The notes beneath the pieces are model-generated. The model saw only the letters and a program-made list of their open reading frames with translations. It had not been told where the DNA came from and did not search any database. Shown in pieces: positions 17,751 through 27,611 of a stretch of 64,000 bases of DNA. Numbering within the stretch: position 1 is the first letter of the stretch; every line of letters starts with the position of its first letter. This stretch comes from Thermoplasmatota archaeon (GTDB lineage: Archaea; Thermoplasmatota; JAKEGO01), in contig JANQNK010000003.1 in assembly GCA_028279595.1 (NCBI GenBank), positions 128,001 to 192,000 on the forward strand. The letters are read 5' to 3'. The position numbers and the translations under genes were made by a program.

Positions 17751-20700
17751 TCAACGCTGCTCTCGACGTCTTGCTATGAAGATGCCAAGGATCGCGAAGA
17801 TCGGGACCAGCAGACCCAACTCGGGAATGTCATCCCCCTGCTCGAAAACCACAGCGTCCATCCCGGCCATCGCCCAGGCGTCCACCGTCCCGTAGGACGT
17901 GTTCCACTCCGATGTCGCCATGAGAGCCCTGTCGATGGTGCCATTCGCGTTCAATGCGAATACGTAGTACTCCCCCGCAGCGAGGGATATCCAGGCTGTA
18001 CCGTGCCCGGATGGCGCCCAGTCCGTCCAGGTCGAGTTGGTGCCGCCGACCGATTTGCAGACCGCCCGCGAGGCGTCCATGGCGTATACGTACGGGCTTG
18101 CGGTCGAGCTCGCCATCGATACCCACGACGTTCCATTACCCGCATCGCCCTTCGCTGTCCAGGATGATCCGGACACCCCTCTCACCGAGGCCATGCCATC
18201 GAGTCGGAGCGCGTAAACGAAGGTCCCATCGGTGGCTATCGAGGACCATGAGGCATCCTCGCCCGCATCGCCCCATTCCGAGACAGAACCGTCCGATGTG
18301 GATATTCGTGAGACCGCTCCATCGGCCTTCAGGACGTAAAGCTCGGTACCTGCCGAGGTGATGGACCTCCATGAGGAGTCGTCCCCAGCGTCGGCCAGAA
18401 GGACCCATGGTTCGCGGCCGTCGATCGATGATAGCACGCTGCCGTCGCTCTTCAGTGCATGGACCCCGTCCGGGTCCGCAGCGATGTCAACGTATCGTGA
18501 TGATACAGGTGCAGCCGGAGTGCCGGTCCCGAACCGGCTCCATCCGTCCGTGGGGTCCGCACACCGATGGACTTGTCCGTCATTGCGTTGGACCAGCAAT
18601 TCGTTCTCTGCTCCTGCGGTCAGTCCGATGTATCCTGTACCTGCCGGGATCTCCGGGTCACCCGAGCCGAACTCCTCCCAGCCGCCGTCCTCGTACATGT
18701 GGACGGATCCGTCCGCGAGAAGAACGCAGGGAGAACCCTCTGAATTCGAGATATCAACAAAGGAAGCGCTGTGCGGAAGACCTGCCGACCCGAGCCCGTT
18801 CCAGCCGGAGCCAGTATCCTCGGAGACGTGAACTGTACCGTCATTGGTCAGTACGCTGATGACCACGTCACTTCCATCCGAGCGGGTGCATATCCCTACA
18901 GAACCTTGTCCAGGGCCTGGGTCCGCATCCTGGGCATATCGGGACCATCCCTCCGATCCGGTAGTGGTGAATACTGCACCGTCGTTCCTGAGGGCATAGA
19001 GGTCTCCCCCGTTCGAGCTGATGTCCACGAACGAGGACCCTCCGGGAGGTTCAGTGTCCGTTACCATGTGCCATCCGTCGGTGCGGGACGACGACCTGTA
19101 GGACCGTCCGTCCATCCGCATCGTGACCACCGATCCATCGTCAGGCACTGAAGCTATCCCGACGAAACCGTCGGCGACGTTCCCCGGGTTTCCAGTGCCA
19201 AAGGGCCTCCAGCCACCGTCGACAGATACCGAATGTAGCACACTTCCGTTGCTCTGGAGGATGTACACCGTTCCGTCATCCCCGGCGGCGATGTCCTCGT
19301 ACTCGACCCCCTCTGGAAGGGCGGTTATCGGCTCCCATGAGCGCCCGGTCTGCGACCAGTGCGCCGAGCCGTTGAGCGTAAGGGCGAAGGGATCGTCCTC
19401 CCCCGTCGAACCGGAGATGGTCATGGGTTCCGTGTGGTCTCCAGTGTTGTTCCTCCAGGTCGTGAAATGGAAATATACCTGGAAATCGAGATAGTCCCGG
19501 TCCACCGAGACCTCGAGCTCCGTATGACCGTTCGCTGCTTCCACGGGCGCGCTGTCGGCGATCCACGGCCAATCGGCCGGAGCCGTGTCGGAATAGCGGT
19601 AATGACGCGCCTCCTCTACCTCGCCGAGGTATCCAGTGACGATTATTAGCCTGTTGGCGACGATCGGGAAGCCCTCCGGACTGTATCCCTCGTCCGCAGG
19701 CATCACACTGAGGAAGATGTATGCGGCGTCGTTGCTCACCGGAAGGGTCAATGGCAGGTCTTGCTGCGACCCGGTCCCTCCCTTGATCGCGATCGGCCGT
19801 GATGCGGGGATCCATGCACCACCCATCATCTCCCCGTCGACGCCCAGGTAGAAGAAGACCTTGCCCTGGGAGCGGGCTCCCTTGTAGTCGGTGATATCGA
19901 CGTTCCTGCGGGCATCCCCACGGACATCCTCGGTCGTGTTGGCCCACTCATGGAACAGTCCGTCGATGACGTATCCGTCCGGAGGCGCGGCCAGGTACCA
20001 GGAGCAACCGCGGAGCTCGTTCGTGACGGCCTTCGAGTTCGTGGCGACGTCCGCGACGTCCATTGTCAGCACGGTGCCCTCGGTCGCCTGGGGCGCGATG
20101 GTCACCCTTATCGATACGCTCGATTCCCCGATGATCTCGACGTCGTCCATGTCCAGGACGACCTTCCCGTCGGACAGCAGATGGCTGTCGATCGCCGATC
20201 CGTCCCGTATCAGGGAGATCTGACCGACGTCAGTGTCGGCCACCGTTCCGGAGACCTCGACGGTGAGGTTCCTGACCTTGCACGAGCCCCCGGTGGCCTT
20301 GAATTCGACATCCAGGACGTCGTACATGCTGTCAGGTGACAGTATCGTCCCTTCTGTGATGAGCGGGTCCGCGGATATCACGACCGGGGCCCTCTTGCCC
20401 TCGTGTACCAGAGGGAGCACGTTGCTCAGGTCCTCGTTCCCCTTGTCGTCCGAGACCCTGAAAACGAGCAGTGCATCGTCCCCGTTGTGGTAGGGCATAC
20501 CGATCTCGATCCTGCGGTTGTGGACCCTCGAGGGTACATGCGAGATGTGGCTCCAGTTCCAGTCCCTCTTCTCGGGACCGAATCCCTGGTCGGAGTATCT
20601 GTAGTAGTTCGAGGTAACGATCCCGTCCTCCCTGCCGTAGACCTCCACCAGGTACTCGGCCCCTATCCCGAGGATGCTGTATCCAGACCTGGAGGATGCG

Positions 20701-21194
20701 TCCGAGTCGACGAACACCTGCACCGACCCGCCGACGGTCCTGGTGTCGAACATGGTCCCGATCACCTCGACGTACAGGAAGAGCTGGTCGCCTTCACGGA
20801 CCGCTCCCGTGGATAGCAAGTTGATACCGGAATAGGCTGCGTCACCGTCGTCGTCCATGAACAGCGAGACGTCGTCCCAGTCCGAGAAATCGCCGTCGAC
20901 GGTCATGGACTCCTCCTGCGGAAGGAAGTAGATGTATGCTGAGAGTATGAGTGCCGCGACCAGCATCACCACGGCGACGACGTTCCCGATCCTGGACATG
21001 TCGCGGCCCCTCCTAGGCCTCTTGGGTGTCTGTTTCGAGGGATCGTCGTAGATGGACCTCTTTCGCCTCTTGCCGATGGTCGTCGTCACACCTGCAGCGA
21101 GGATGACGGTGCTGGGAGTGCCATGGCTAGGCACATCGGCATACTCGATAATTCCACCCGTCTGTCCCGATACCGCCGCTGATTCCGCCACCAT
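17751..21194 (-). CDS. Large cell-surface protein with beta-propeller repeats and PEF-CTERM-like tail (start could be as late as 20999)
   Basis: N-terminal TM, two (V/I)DG.F..W modules, repeated blades (Y.L..DG.V; W.S.A), C-terminal IPEL + TM + RRR. Confidence 0.75.
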   Translation of the reverse strand: MVAESAAVSGQTGGIIEYADVPSHGTPSTVILAAGVTTTIGKRRKRSIYDDPSKQTPKRPRRGRDMSRIGNVVAVVMLVAALILSAYIYFLPQEESMTVDGDFSDWDDVSLFMDDDGDAAYSGINLLSTGAVREGDQLFLYVEVIGTMFDTRTVGGSVQVFVDSDASSRSGYSILGIGAEYLVEVYGREDGIVTSNYYRYSDQGFGPEKRDWNWSHISHVPSRVHNRRIEIGMPYHNGDDALLVFRVSDDKGNEDLSNVLPLVHEGKRAPVVISADPLITEGTILSPDSMYDVLDVEFKATGGSCKVRNLTVEVSGTVADTDVGQISLIRDGSAIDSHLLSDGKVVLDMDDVEIIGESSVSIRVTIAPQATEGTVLTMDVADVATNSKAVTNELRGCSWYLAAPPDGYVIDGLFHEWANTTEDVRGDARRNVDITDYKGARSQGKVFFYLGVDGEMMGGAWIPASRPIAIKGGTGSQQDLPLTLPVSNDAAYIFLSVMPADEGYSPEGFPIVANRLIIVTGYLGEVEEARHYRYSDTAPADWPWIADSAPVEAANGHTELEVSVDRDYLDFQVYFHFTTWRNNTGDHTEPMTISGSTGEDDPFALTLNGSAHWSQTGRSWEPITALPEGVEYEDIAAGDDGTVYILQSNGSVLHSVSVDGGWRPFGTGNPGNVADGFVGIASVPDDGSVVTMRMDGRSYRSSSRTDGWHMVTDTEPPGGSSFVDISSNGGDLYALRNDGAVFTTTGSEGWSRYAQDADPGPGQGSVGICTRSDGSDVVISVLTNDGTVHVSEDTGSGWNGLGSAGLPHSASFVDISNSEGSPCVLLADGSVHMYEDGGWEEFGSGDPEIPAGTGYIGLTAGAENELLVQRNDGQVHRCADPTDGWSRFGTGTPAAPVSSRYVDIAADPDGVHALKSDGSVLSSIDGREPWVLLADAGDDSSWRSITSAGTELYVLKADGAVSRISTSDGSVSEWGDAGEDASWSSIATDGTFVYALRLDGMASVRGVSGSSWTAKGDAGNGTSWVSMASSTASPYVYAMDASRAVCKSVGGTNSTWTDWAPSGHGTAWISLAAGEYYVFALNANGTIDRALMATSEWNTSYGTVDAWAMAGMDAVVFEQGDDIPELGLLVPIFAILGIFIARRREQR

Positions 21195-21395
21195 GGGTTC
21201 CTACCCCGTTCCTGTTTAACGACTGGCACACATAAAACCCTTTTCATGGATGGCTTCGGAAGGAAATCAGCTGAATCACCCCACTTGCGACAGGTACTGG
21301 CTCAGGAAAAACGCTCGCTCATTCCAGCGGTGAAGAGAGGGGCCGGAGTAGTCTGTTAACGTGTAATACGACCCCGCAGCACTGGTGGAACCGTC

Positions 21396-22433
21396 CTATG
21401 TGTTCCTCTCCGGGACGTCGTCCGGACCGAAGGGAACGAACTTCTCGGCCTTCGCCATCCTGAGCCCCTTGAGGTAACCGCGGCCCCACTCGAAGTGTCC
21501 CACCGCTATCAGGAAGGGCGCTCCCACCACGTACCGTCCTTTGGCGTAGGGTGAATAGGACTGTGTCGCGCCGAAGAAGGCCACGATGAAATAGACGACG
21601 AGCAGTGAGAGTAGGAGGATCAGCGGATACACGCCGAACCCGAACGGGAGGACCATGCTTACGATGGAGAGCGCGAGGAGGACAGCGACCGCGATTATTC
21701 CGATGGACGGCATGATGTGGAGCTTCCTCTTCAGATCGGGGTATCTCACGTTCGCCATGGCCCTGCCGATGCCGTACCTGTAGATCTGTCGGGCGTAACC
21801 CTTGAGCGTCGGCCTGCGCTTGTGATAGACGATGGCGTTCGGGTCGAAGAAGATCTCGTGCCCCTTCTTCTTGATCCGGTGATCGAGGGCGAGATCCTCG
21901 GCCGTCGGGAGGTCCTCGTCGAAACCCCCTGCATCCTCGATGACCGACCGTCTGTACGCTGCATTGCAGCCGGGATTGTGATATATCTTGGTGATGGTCT
22001 TCGGGATCTTGCCGTAACGAGTGTCCCCGGTCATGACCTTCGATCCGTAGGTGACGTCCGACGCCTTCCCGAGGTAGTTGTCAGTCCTTGGAGCGATGTT
22101 CGGACCTCCGACGCTCGCGACCTTCGGGTCGTCGAAGTGCCTCACGAGGTTGCCGAGCCAATCCTCCCTCGGCATCGTGTCGGCGTCGGTGAAAACGATG
22201 ATGTCGGCGTCGGTGCTCCTCAGGCCGGTGTTGCCTGCGTGGCCCCTGGTCCTTCCCTCGTCGTAGACGACGGTGGCGCCGTTCTTCCTTGCGACCTTGT
22301 CGGTCCCGTCCTTCGAGTGACCGTCCACTATCAGTACTTCGAAATCCTGGAAAGTCTGCGCTTTGAGAGCCTTGAAGCAGTCCCTCAGGTCAGCGGCGCA
22401 GTTGAGGGTCGGGATCATCACGACGACCTTCAT
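21396..22433 (-). CDS. Glycosyltransferase family 2 with C-terminal TMs
   Basis: VDGHSKDGT, FTDAD, GGFDE, AED. Confidence 0.92.
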   Translation of the reverse strand: MKVVVMIPTLNCAADLRDCFKALKAQTFQDFEVLIVDGHSKDGTDKVARKNGATVVYDEGRTRGHAGNTGLRSTDADIIVFTDADTMPREDWLGNLVRHFDDPKVASVGGPNIAPRTDNYLGKASDVTYGSKVMTGDTRYGKIPKTITKIYHNPGCNAAYRRSVIEDAGGFDEDLPTAEDLALDHRIKKKGHEIFFDPNAIVYHKRRPTLKGYARQIYRYGIGRAMANVRYPDLKRKLHIMPSIGIIAVAVLLALSIVSMVLPFGFGVYPLILLLSLLVVYFIVAFFGATQSYSPYAKGRYVVGAPFLIAVGHFEWGRGYLKGLRMAKAEKFVPFGPDDVPERNT

Positions 22434-22555
22434 GCAATTCCGTCAGTCGGTCTCAGTATAAAAAGGTTGACGACCACTGTTTCCACTCCAGCCAGTCATC
22501 CAGCCTGGACCGCTGCCGACAGAACTTTTAAGACCGATGTATCGAATGGAGGCCT

Positions 22556-24022
22556 ATGCCGAAGGTCACGAATTTCCAGATCATAGCGGTAGTCGTTGTA
22601 GTCCTCGTGATCGTCCTGGCGGCCACGTTCACCGGCGAGGACGATGGCAATGGCAAGAAAGGGACCTCAGGTGGATGGGACACCCCGTATGACAATCATT
22701 TCGGCAACGTGAAGGTTACGGTCCAAGGCCTGCATTCTGATTCCAATACCAATGAGCCTTACATCGCCATCAATCCGAACGATCCAATGAACATCGTTGC
22801 CGCTGGGAACGATTACTCGACCCTGCTCGGTGATGTCTGGCTTGGTTATTACTACAGCTTCGACGGCGGTGCTTCCTGGAACCGCTCCTTCTTGCCCGGC
22901 TATCCCGGAGACATACGTGGAGACCTGAGCCCGCTCTTCGGATTCATGGGAGCTGGTGATGCTGTCGTCGCATTCGGTCCCGACGGTGAGTGCTACATCT
23001 CTTTGATCGCTTTCGAACGCCCGGTGGGAGAGATACGGAATGGCATCTACGTCGCCAGGTCGAACGATGGGGGGAAGACCTTCGATGGTTCGGACATCCA
23101 CATGGTGGTCGACTTCGGAGATGGGTTCTTGGCGTTCCACGACAAGGAATGGATCGCTGTCGACCCGAACAGCGGCGATGTCTATGTCACATGGTCATGG
23201 TTCACTGCATATTCGACCGCTCAGATCCTCTACTCGAGGTCGACCGACGGAGGCGAGACCTGGTCCGATTATCAGGTGCTCTCCCAGACGCTCGACGCTG
23301 AGATAGGCAATCAGGGGTCCCAGGTCGTAGTGGACTCCGAAGGGGTCGTCCACGTGATCTGGGTGGATTTCGACAGGGAGGTCATCAGGTACACGAGCTC
23401 AGGTGACGGTTCCTCCTTCTCCACTCCGGTGGACCTGGTGGACATCGATCCCATCCCATATGCCCTGAACAACAATACCTACAGGACCCCGACATTACCG
23501 TCGCTTGCCGTCGATACGTCGGGAACCGATTCGGACGGGAACCTGTACATCACATGGAACGATTTCAGGAGTGGCGACGCGGACGCCCTCCTCATCATGA
23601 GTGACGATGGTGGCGATTCCTGGACCGATCCCGTGAGGGTGAATCAGGATGAGTTCCAGAACGGAGCCGACCAGTTCTTCCCGGCCGCGTCCGTCACTCC
23701 GGAAGGGGTCGTCGGGATCGCCTTCTATGACCGGAGGGAGGACACCCACAATACCATGTTGAACATGTACATGGCGACCTCGACGGACCAGGGCGCAACA
23801 TTCCAGGATTTCAAGATAACCACGGAAGACTTCGACGGTGAAGCTGGTGGGGGCTCAGCTCTCGGTCAGGCCACCAGTGGAGATGCCTTCATCGGTGATT
23901 ACATAGGCACCGTTGCGAACGACGAGTACATCTATGCCATCTGGTGCGATACTCGAAATGGTGACCCGGATGACAGGGATGCCGACCTGTACACGGCTCG
24001 GGCTGTTATTGATCGGATCTGA
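22556..24022 (+). CDS. Membrane-anchored sialidase-like BNR/Asp-box repeat protein
   Basis: Five Asp boxes (SFDGGASW, SNDGGKTF, STDGGETW, SDDGGDSW, STDQGATF), DKEW, GDY. Confidence 0.88.
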   Translation: MPKVTNFQIIAVVVVVLVIVLAATFTGEDDGNGKKGTSGGWDTPYDNHFGNVKVTVQGLHSDSNTNEPYIAINPNDPMNIVAAGNDYSTLLGDVWLGYYYSFDGGASWNRSFLPGYPGDIRGDLSPLFGFMGAGDAVVAFGPDGECYISLIAFERPVGEIRNGIYVARSNDGGKTFDGSDIHMVVDFGDGFLAFHDKEWIAVDPNSGDVYVTWSWFTAYSTAQILYSRSTDGGETWSDYQVLSQTLDAEIGNQGSQVVVDSEGVVHVIWVDFDREVIRYTSSGDGSSFSTPVDLVDIDPIPYALNNNTYRTPTLPSLAVDTSGTDSDGNLYITWNDFRSGDADALLIMSDDGGDSWTDPVRVNQDEFQNGADQFFPAASVTPEGVVGIAFYDRREDTHNTMLNMYMATSTDQGATFQDFKITTEDFDGEAGGGSALGQATSGDAFIGDYIGTVANDEYIYAIWCDTRNGDPDDRDADLYTARAVIDRI

Positions 24023-24040
24023 GGGTTCATAGGAACAATT

Positions 24041-25180
24041 TCACAACCCAGCCAGTACTGCTTCGAGGTCCGCCATCAATTCTTCAGCATGATGCCTCTT
24101 GATGTGGGGCATGATGACCATCCTGACGGCCTCGGGATGCCGCGTCCGGGAAAGGCACCAGCCCCTCTCCGACATGTCCGAGATCAACTTCTTGTTGTCC
24201 GTGGTACGGAAGGCGACGATGTTCATGGGAGGTTCGACGACGAGCTCCCCTCCGGCCTTCTCTATCCCCCGGGCCAGGAGCTCCGTGTTCTGCATGCACT
24301 CGTCCACGACCTGCGTGTAGCCGTCCATCCCCAGGTGCATCATCACGGCGTAAGTGGAAGCGACAGCGGCCGAACATCTCGTTCCTGAGAGCGACCTCTG
24401 GTCCTTGACGGTCAGGTATGGAGCTTCGACGGAGATCTTGTCAACGCCCTCACGATGCCGGAACAGGACCGCTCCGGACGGTATGGTGGAGAGCCCCATC
24501 TTGTGGGGGTCCACGGCCACGCTGGTGACCCCGTCGATGGAGAAGTCGAAGTCGGGTGCAGGCCTTCCCAGCCTTCTCAGGAACGGCAGGACGAATCCGC
24601 CGAACGCAGCGTCAACGTGGAGGTAGCAATGTTCGGACGCGATGCCCGCCAGCGTTCCGATGGGATCGACCACACCGAGCTCCGTCGTGCCTGCGACGCC
24701 GACGACGGCCAAGGTGTCGTCGGATATCCTGTCCTCCACCTCGGAGACGTCGACCTTGAAGTCATCGTCGAGTCCCACCAGCACGGGTTCCAGATTGAGC
24801 AGATCGACGGCCTTGCTGAAGGAGAAATGAGCGGTCTCACCGAAGATGACCTCCCTCTTGCCGGTGAGGTTCCTTGCGATCCAAAGGGCCGTGATGTTCG
24901 CCTCGGTACCGCCGCCCACGATGTGGCCGGTGGCCGTCGGGTAGGACAGCATCTCGCCGAGCATGGAGAAGATGCGCTCCTCCATCTCCTGGGTCCCCGG
25001 ATAGAGTCCGGCGTTCCCCAGGTTGGATTCGATGAACTTCATGTGCGCCCTTATCGCCAGCGGATGAGGGGCCGTGCACATGGAACCCACGGTCCTCCCG
25101 TCCGTGAAATGCCTGTCCTTTCGATAGAACTCCTCGAGGAGGTCCCAGACCTCCTCCTCGTCCATGCCTGACTCTCTCAA
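24041..25180 (-). CDS. mfnA: L-tyrosine/L-aspartate decarboxylase MfnA
   Basis: SMCT.PH, GGTEAN, AHFS, HVDAAFGG, DPHKMG; TTG start overlapping upstream TGA. Confidence 0.92.
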   Translation of the reverse strand: MRESGMDEEEVWDLLEEFYRKDRHFTDGRTVGSMCTAPHPLAIRAHMKFIESNLGNAGLYPGTQEMEERIFSMLGEMLSYPTATGHIVGGGTEANITALWIARNLTGKREVIFGETAHFSFSKAVDLLNLEPVLVGLDDDFKVDVSEVEDRISDDTLAVVGVAGTTELGVVDPIGTLAGIASEHCYLHVDAAFGGFVLPFLRRLGRPAPDFDFSIDGVTSVAVDPHKMGLSTIPSGAVLFRHREGVDKISVEAPYLTVKDQRSLSGTRCSAAVASTYAVMMHLGMDGYTQVVDECMQNTELLARGIEKAGGELVVEPPMNIVAFRTTDNKKLISDMSERGWCLSRTRHPEAVRMVIMPHIKRHHAEELMADLEAVLAGL

Positions 25181-26022
25181 GTTGCCCTCTCCTCGAGGTA
25201 CCTCTTGATGGCTATGCTCGAGAAGATGAGGTACTTCGGGTCGTCGTCGTACTCGTAGAACTTGAGATCGAGGTTCGTCAGGCCCTCGTTGCTGGTACCC
25301 ATGAGGGCTCCCGCAATGACCGTGTGGTCCTTCGGATGGATGAAGAGCATCTCGTACTCCGAGTCCTTCATCGTAATGGCGACGAGCGCAAGCGGGTGGC
25401 CGGTCGACTTGGAGATCCGCATGCTCCTGTCGGACGGGTAGTCGATCTTGCCGAAGACCTTGCCGTCCTGGCCGATGAGGTCGGTGGACATCCATCTCTG
25501 ACCGTGGATTATCCCGCCGACGCCCTTGTTGTCAGGGTCGTAGAACTTCGCATCTATGAACATCGTCGAGAAGTACGGTGGGATCTCGACGTATCCGAGA
25601 AGGACGTCGTTGTGGAATATTGAGTACTTCCCGTCGACCTCGGTCGTGAAATCGATGCCGACCGTCCTGGTTGCCTGGAAGACCTTCCCCTCTGCGATGA
25701 GGTCCGACTTCAGCTCGCCCTCGATGGTCCCGAAGGTCACCGCGGAAAGGCTGGCGATGATACTGGGCGTCTTGAGCTGCATGCAGTTCTTGCCGCCCTC
25801 CATGGTGGTCCTGAAGCCTTCGACGGAGCGCCTAGTGATGTCAAGGACCTTGCTGGGTCCCTCGACACCTTCGGTGTAGAAGAGTATCCGTCTGTTCGTG
25901 AGAACCAGGTTGCCCTTCTTCTCCTCCGGCATGGTCGGGTCAATGGTCAACCGACCGCTCTCCTGGTGGATAATCTTCTCGTCTATACCAAGGTCGTCCG
26001 TGATCTTTCGCATGCGGCCCAC
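25177..26022 (-). CDS. Hypothetical protein with PH/GRAM-like N-terminus
   Basis: KGNLVLTNRRILFY resembles GRAM/bPH core; domain call tentative. Confidence 0.6.
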   Translation of the reverse strand: MGRMRKITDDLGIDEKIIHQESGRLTIDPTMPEEKKGNLVLTNRRILFYTEGVEGPSKVLDITRRSVEGFRTTMEGGKNCMQLKTPSIIASLSAVTFGTIEGELKSDLIAEGKVFQATRTVGIDFTTEVDGKYSIFHNDVLLGYVEIPPYFSTMFIDAKFYDPDNKGVGGIIHGQRWMSTDLIGQDGKVFGKIDYPSDRSMRISKSTGHPLALVAITMKDSEYEMLFIHPKDHTVIAGALMGTSNEGLTNLDLKFYEYDDDPKYLIFSSIAIKRYLEERAT

Positions 26023-26114
26023 AACTCCAGCCCGATATATGCCATATTGCCTATTAATACGTTACCGGCTAAGACCAGCCTAGGACATTGATAGATGGCA
26101 GGTCCGGTGAGGTC

Positions 26115-26714
26115 TCATGCGAGCCTGTAGGACATCTCCACGGACAGGGTGTAGGAGTTCCCATCGTCTATGAATATGATCCCCGTGCCACCGCCGAGGA
26201 ACGAATGATCTCCGGCGTCATCGAGGGTGACGATAGCCTCCCAGGGTCCGAAGGTGTCCGCGTCGGGTTCACCCGCCAATTGGGTTATGTTGAAGTAGAG
26301 TTCGATCCTGCCCTCCGCGCCGTGCGCGTTCGTGTCGGAATCGGATTGCACCCACTGCATGTCCGGGTCCCTGACCTCGAGCGTGAAGGTATCCCCCTCG
26401 TTCTCGTAGGTGGGCGCAGCGTCCGCCTCGTCGGTCCATGTAAGGACGAACATCGCATCTACGACGTATCCGCCCGTGTCGAAGGTGTGATTGTAACTCT
26501 CGCCCTCGTTGGCTTGACCGTTCGGGGAATCGGTGTAGTTCTTGTACTCTCCGGTGCCACCACCGCCGCCACCGCCGCCGCCGTCGCCCGGCTCGTAGTA
26601 GTCGGCGTTGGCCGCTTCCATGGCGAATACACCGTAAACGGCGGCGATTATGATGATGCCACCAACGATGGAGATCACCTGATTGTACTTCTTGATGTAA
26701 TCGTCAATCTTCAT
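26115..26714 (-). CDS. Membrane-anchored hypothetical protein with poly-Gly linker
   Basis: N-terminal TM, Gly9 run, acidic beta-rich domain. Confidence 0.7.
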   Translation of the reverse strand: MKIDDYIKKYNQVISIVGGIIIIAAVYGVFAMEAANADYYEPGDGGGGGGGGGTGEYKNYTDSPNGQANEGESYNHTFDTGGYVVDAMFVLTWTDEADAAPTYENEGDTFTLEVRDPDMQWVQSDSDTNAHGAEGRIELYFNITQLAGEPDADTFGPWEAIVTLDDAGDHSFLGGGTGIIFIDDGNSYTLSVEMSYRLA

Positions 26715-26942
26715 CGGGGCATGTTAAGAAAGGAAACGTCTTATAGTTTTCTGTGGACCCGTTACGGATAACGGTATCAGTGACCGTTCCGGAAGGACGG
26801 TACCGATCCCGGAATTCGATATCGTGGGCCCGACCATTACCACTACTGGCCCAAATCCACGACAACGGTGCCAGTGTTTGACAAAACATATATAAACAAC
26901 GAGACCATTACATTTGTTACATCGTGTAGAGGAGGCTCTACT

Positions 26943-27470
26943 ATGAGAAAACTAAAGAAGATCTGGGTGGACCAGGAGGCGGTATCTCCCGTCATCGCCG
27001 TCATTCTGATGGTGGCGATCACCGTGGTCCTCGCCGCGGTTCTGTACATGTGGGCACAGAGTTTCGTGCCGACAGGCAAGAACACGCCAGTGGCGACGGT
27101 CACGGTAAGCAAGAGCCAGAACAACTATGAGCTGTACATCAGCAGCATCGAGCCCGCTGCAGCCGGTGACAGCGTCAAGTATCAGCTCTTGGACAGCAAC
27201 CGCGTCCCGGTCGAGCAAGGTGAGTTGAACGACGTGTACAACAAGGTACTCAGGAATCCCATGAACGGAGGGATCCTGTCCAACGTCAGTTGGAGGGACT
27301 CCAACGGGGATGACAGACTGAGCACCGGTGACACGATAGTACTCCTCGGTGCGGAGAACGATCGCTGGAACAACGAGCCAGTCGCTCCCGGCGTCGCCGA
27401 TTCCGGAATGATCTTCCGGATAATCTTCGACCCGACGGAGAAATCGATCGCGTCGATCGAGCTGACCTGA
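26943..27470 (+). CDS. Archaeal type IV pilin
   Basis: Class III signal peptide EA|VSPVIAVILMVAITVVLAA; GGAGG SD upstream. Confidence 0.92.
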   Translation: MRKLKKIWVDQEAVSPVIAVILMVAITVVLAAVLYMWAQSFVPTGKNTPVATVTVSKSQNNYELYISSIEPAAAGDSVKYQLLDSNRVPVEQGELNDVYNKVLRNPMNGGILSNVSWRDSNGDDRLSTGDTIVLLGAENDRWNNEPVAPGVADSGMIFRIIFDPTEKSIASIELT

Positions 27471-27490
27471 TCAGGCCCAGCTGGAACAAC

Positions 27491-27513
27491 AGAAGGACAC
27501 CTGGTGTCCTTCT
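27491..27513 (+). terminator. Hairpin after pilin gene
   Basis: Perfect 10-bp stem AGAAGGACAC-CTG-GTGTCCTTCT followed by pyrimidine tracts. Confidence 0.6.
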
Positions 27514-27611
27514 CCCCCCCCTATTTTACACTTTTAACTCCGAGCTAGAGGTTGTGAGTCCTATTCAACTTGACACAACTCTCAATATATCATCCGGTCC
27601 GTGGATCGGAT

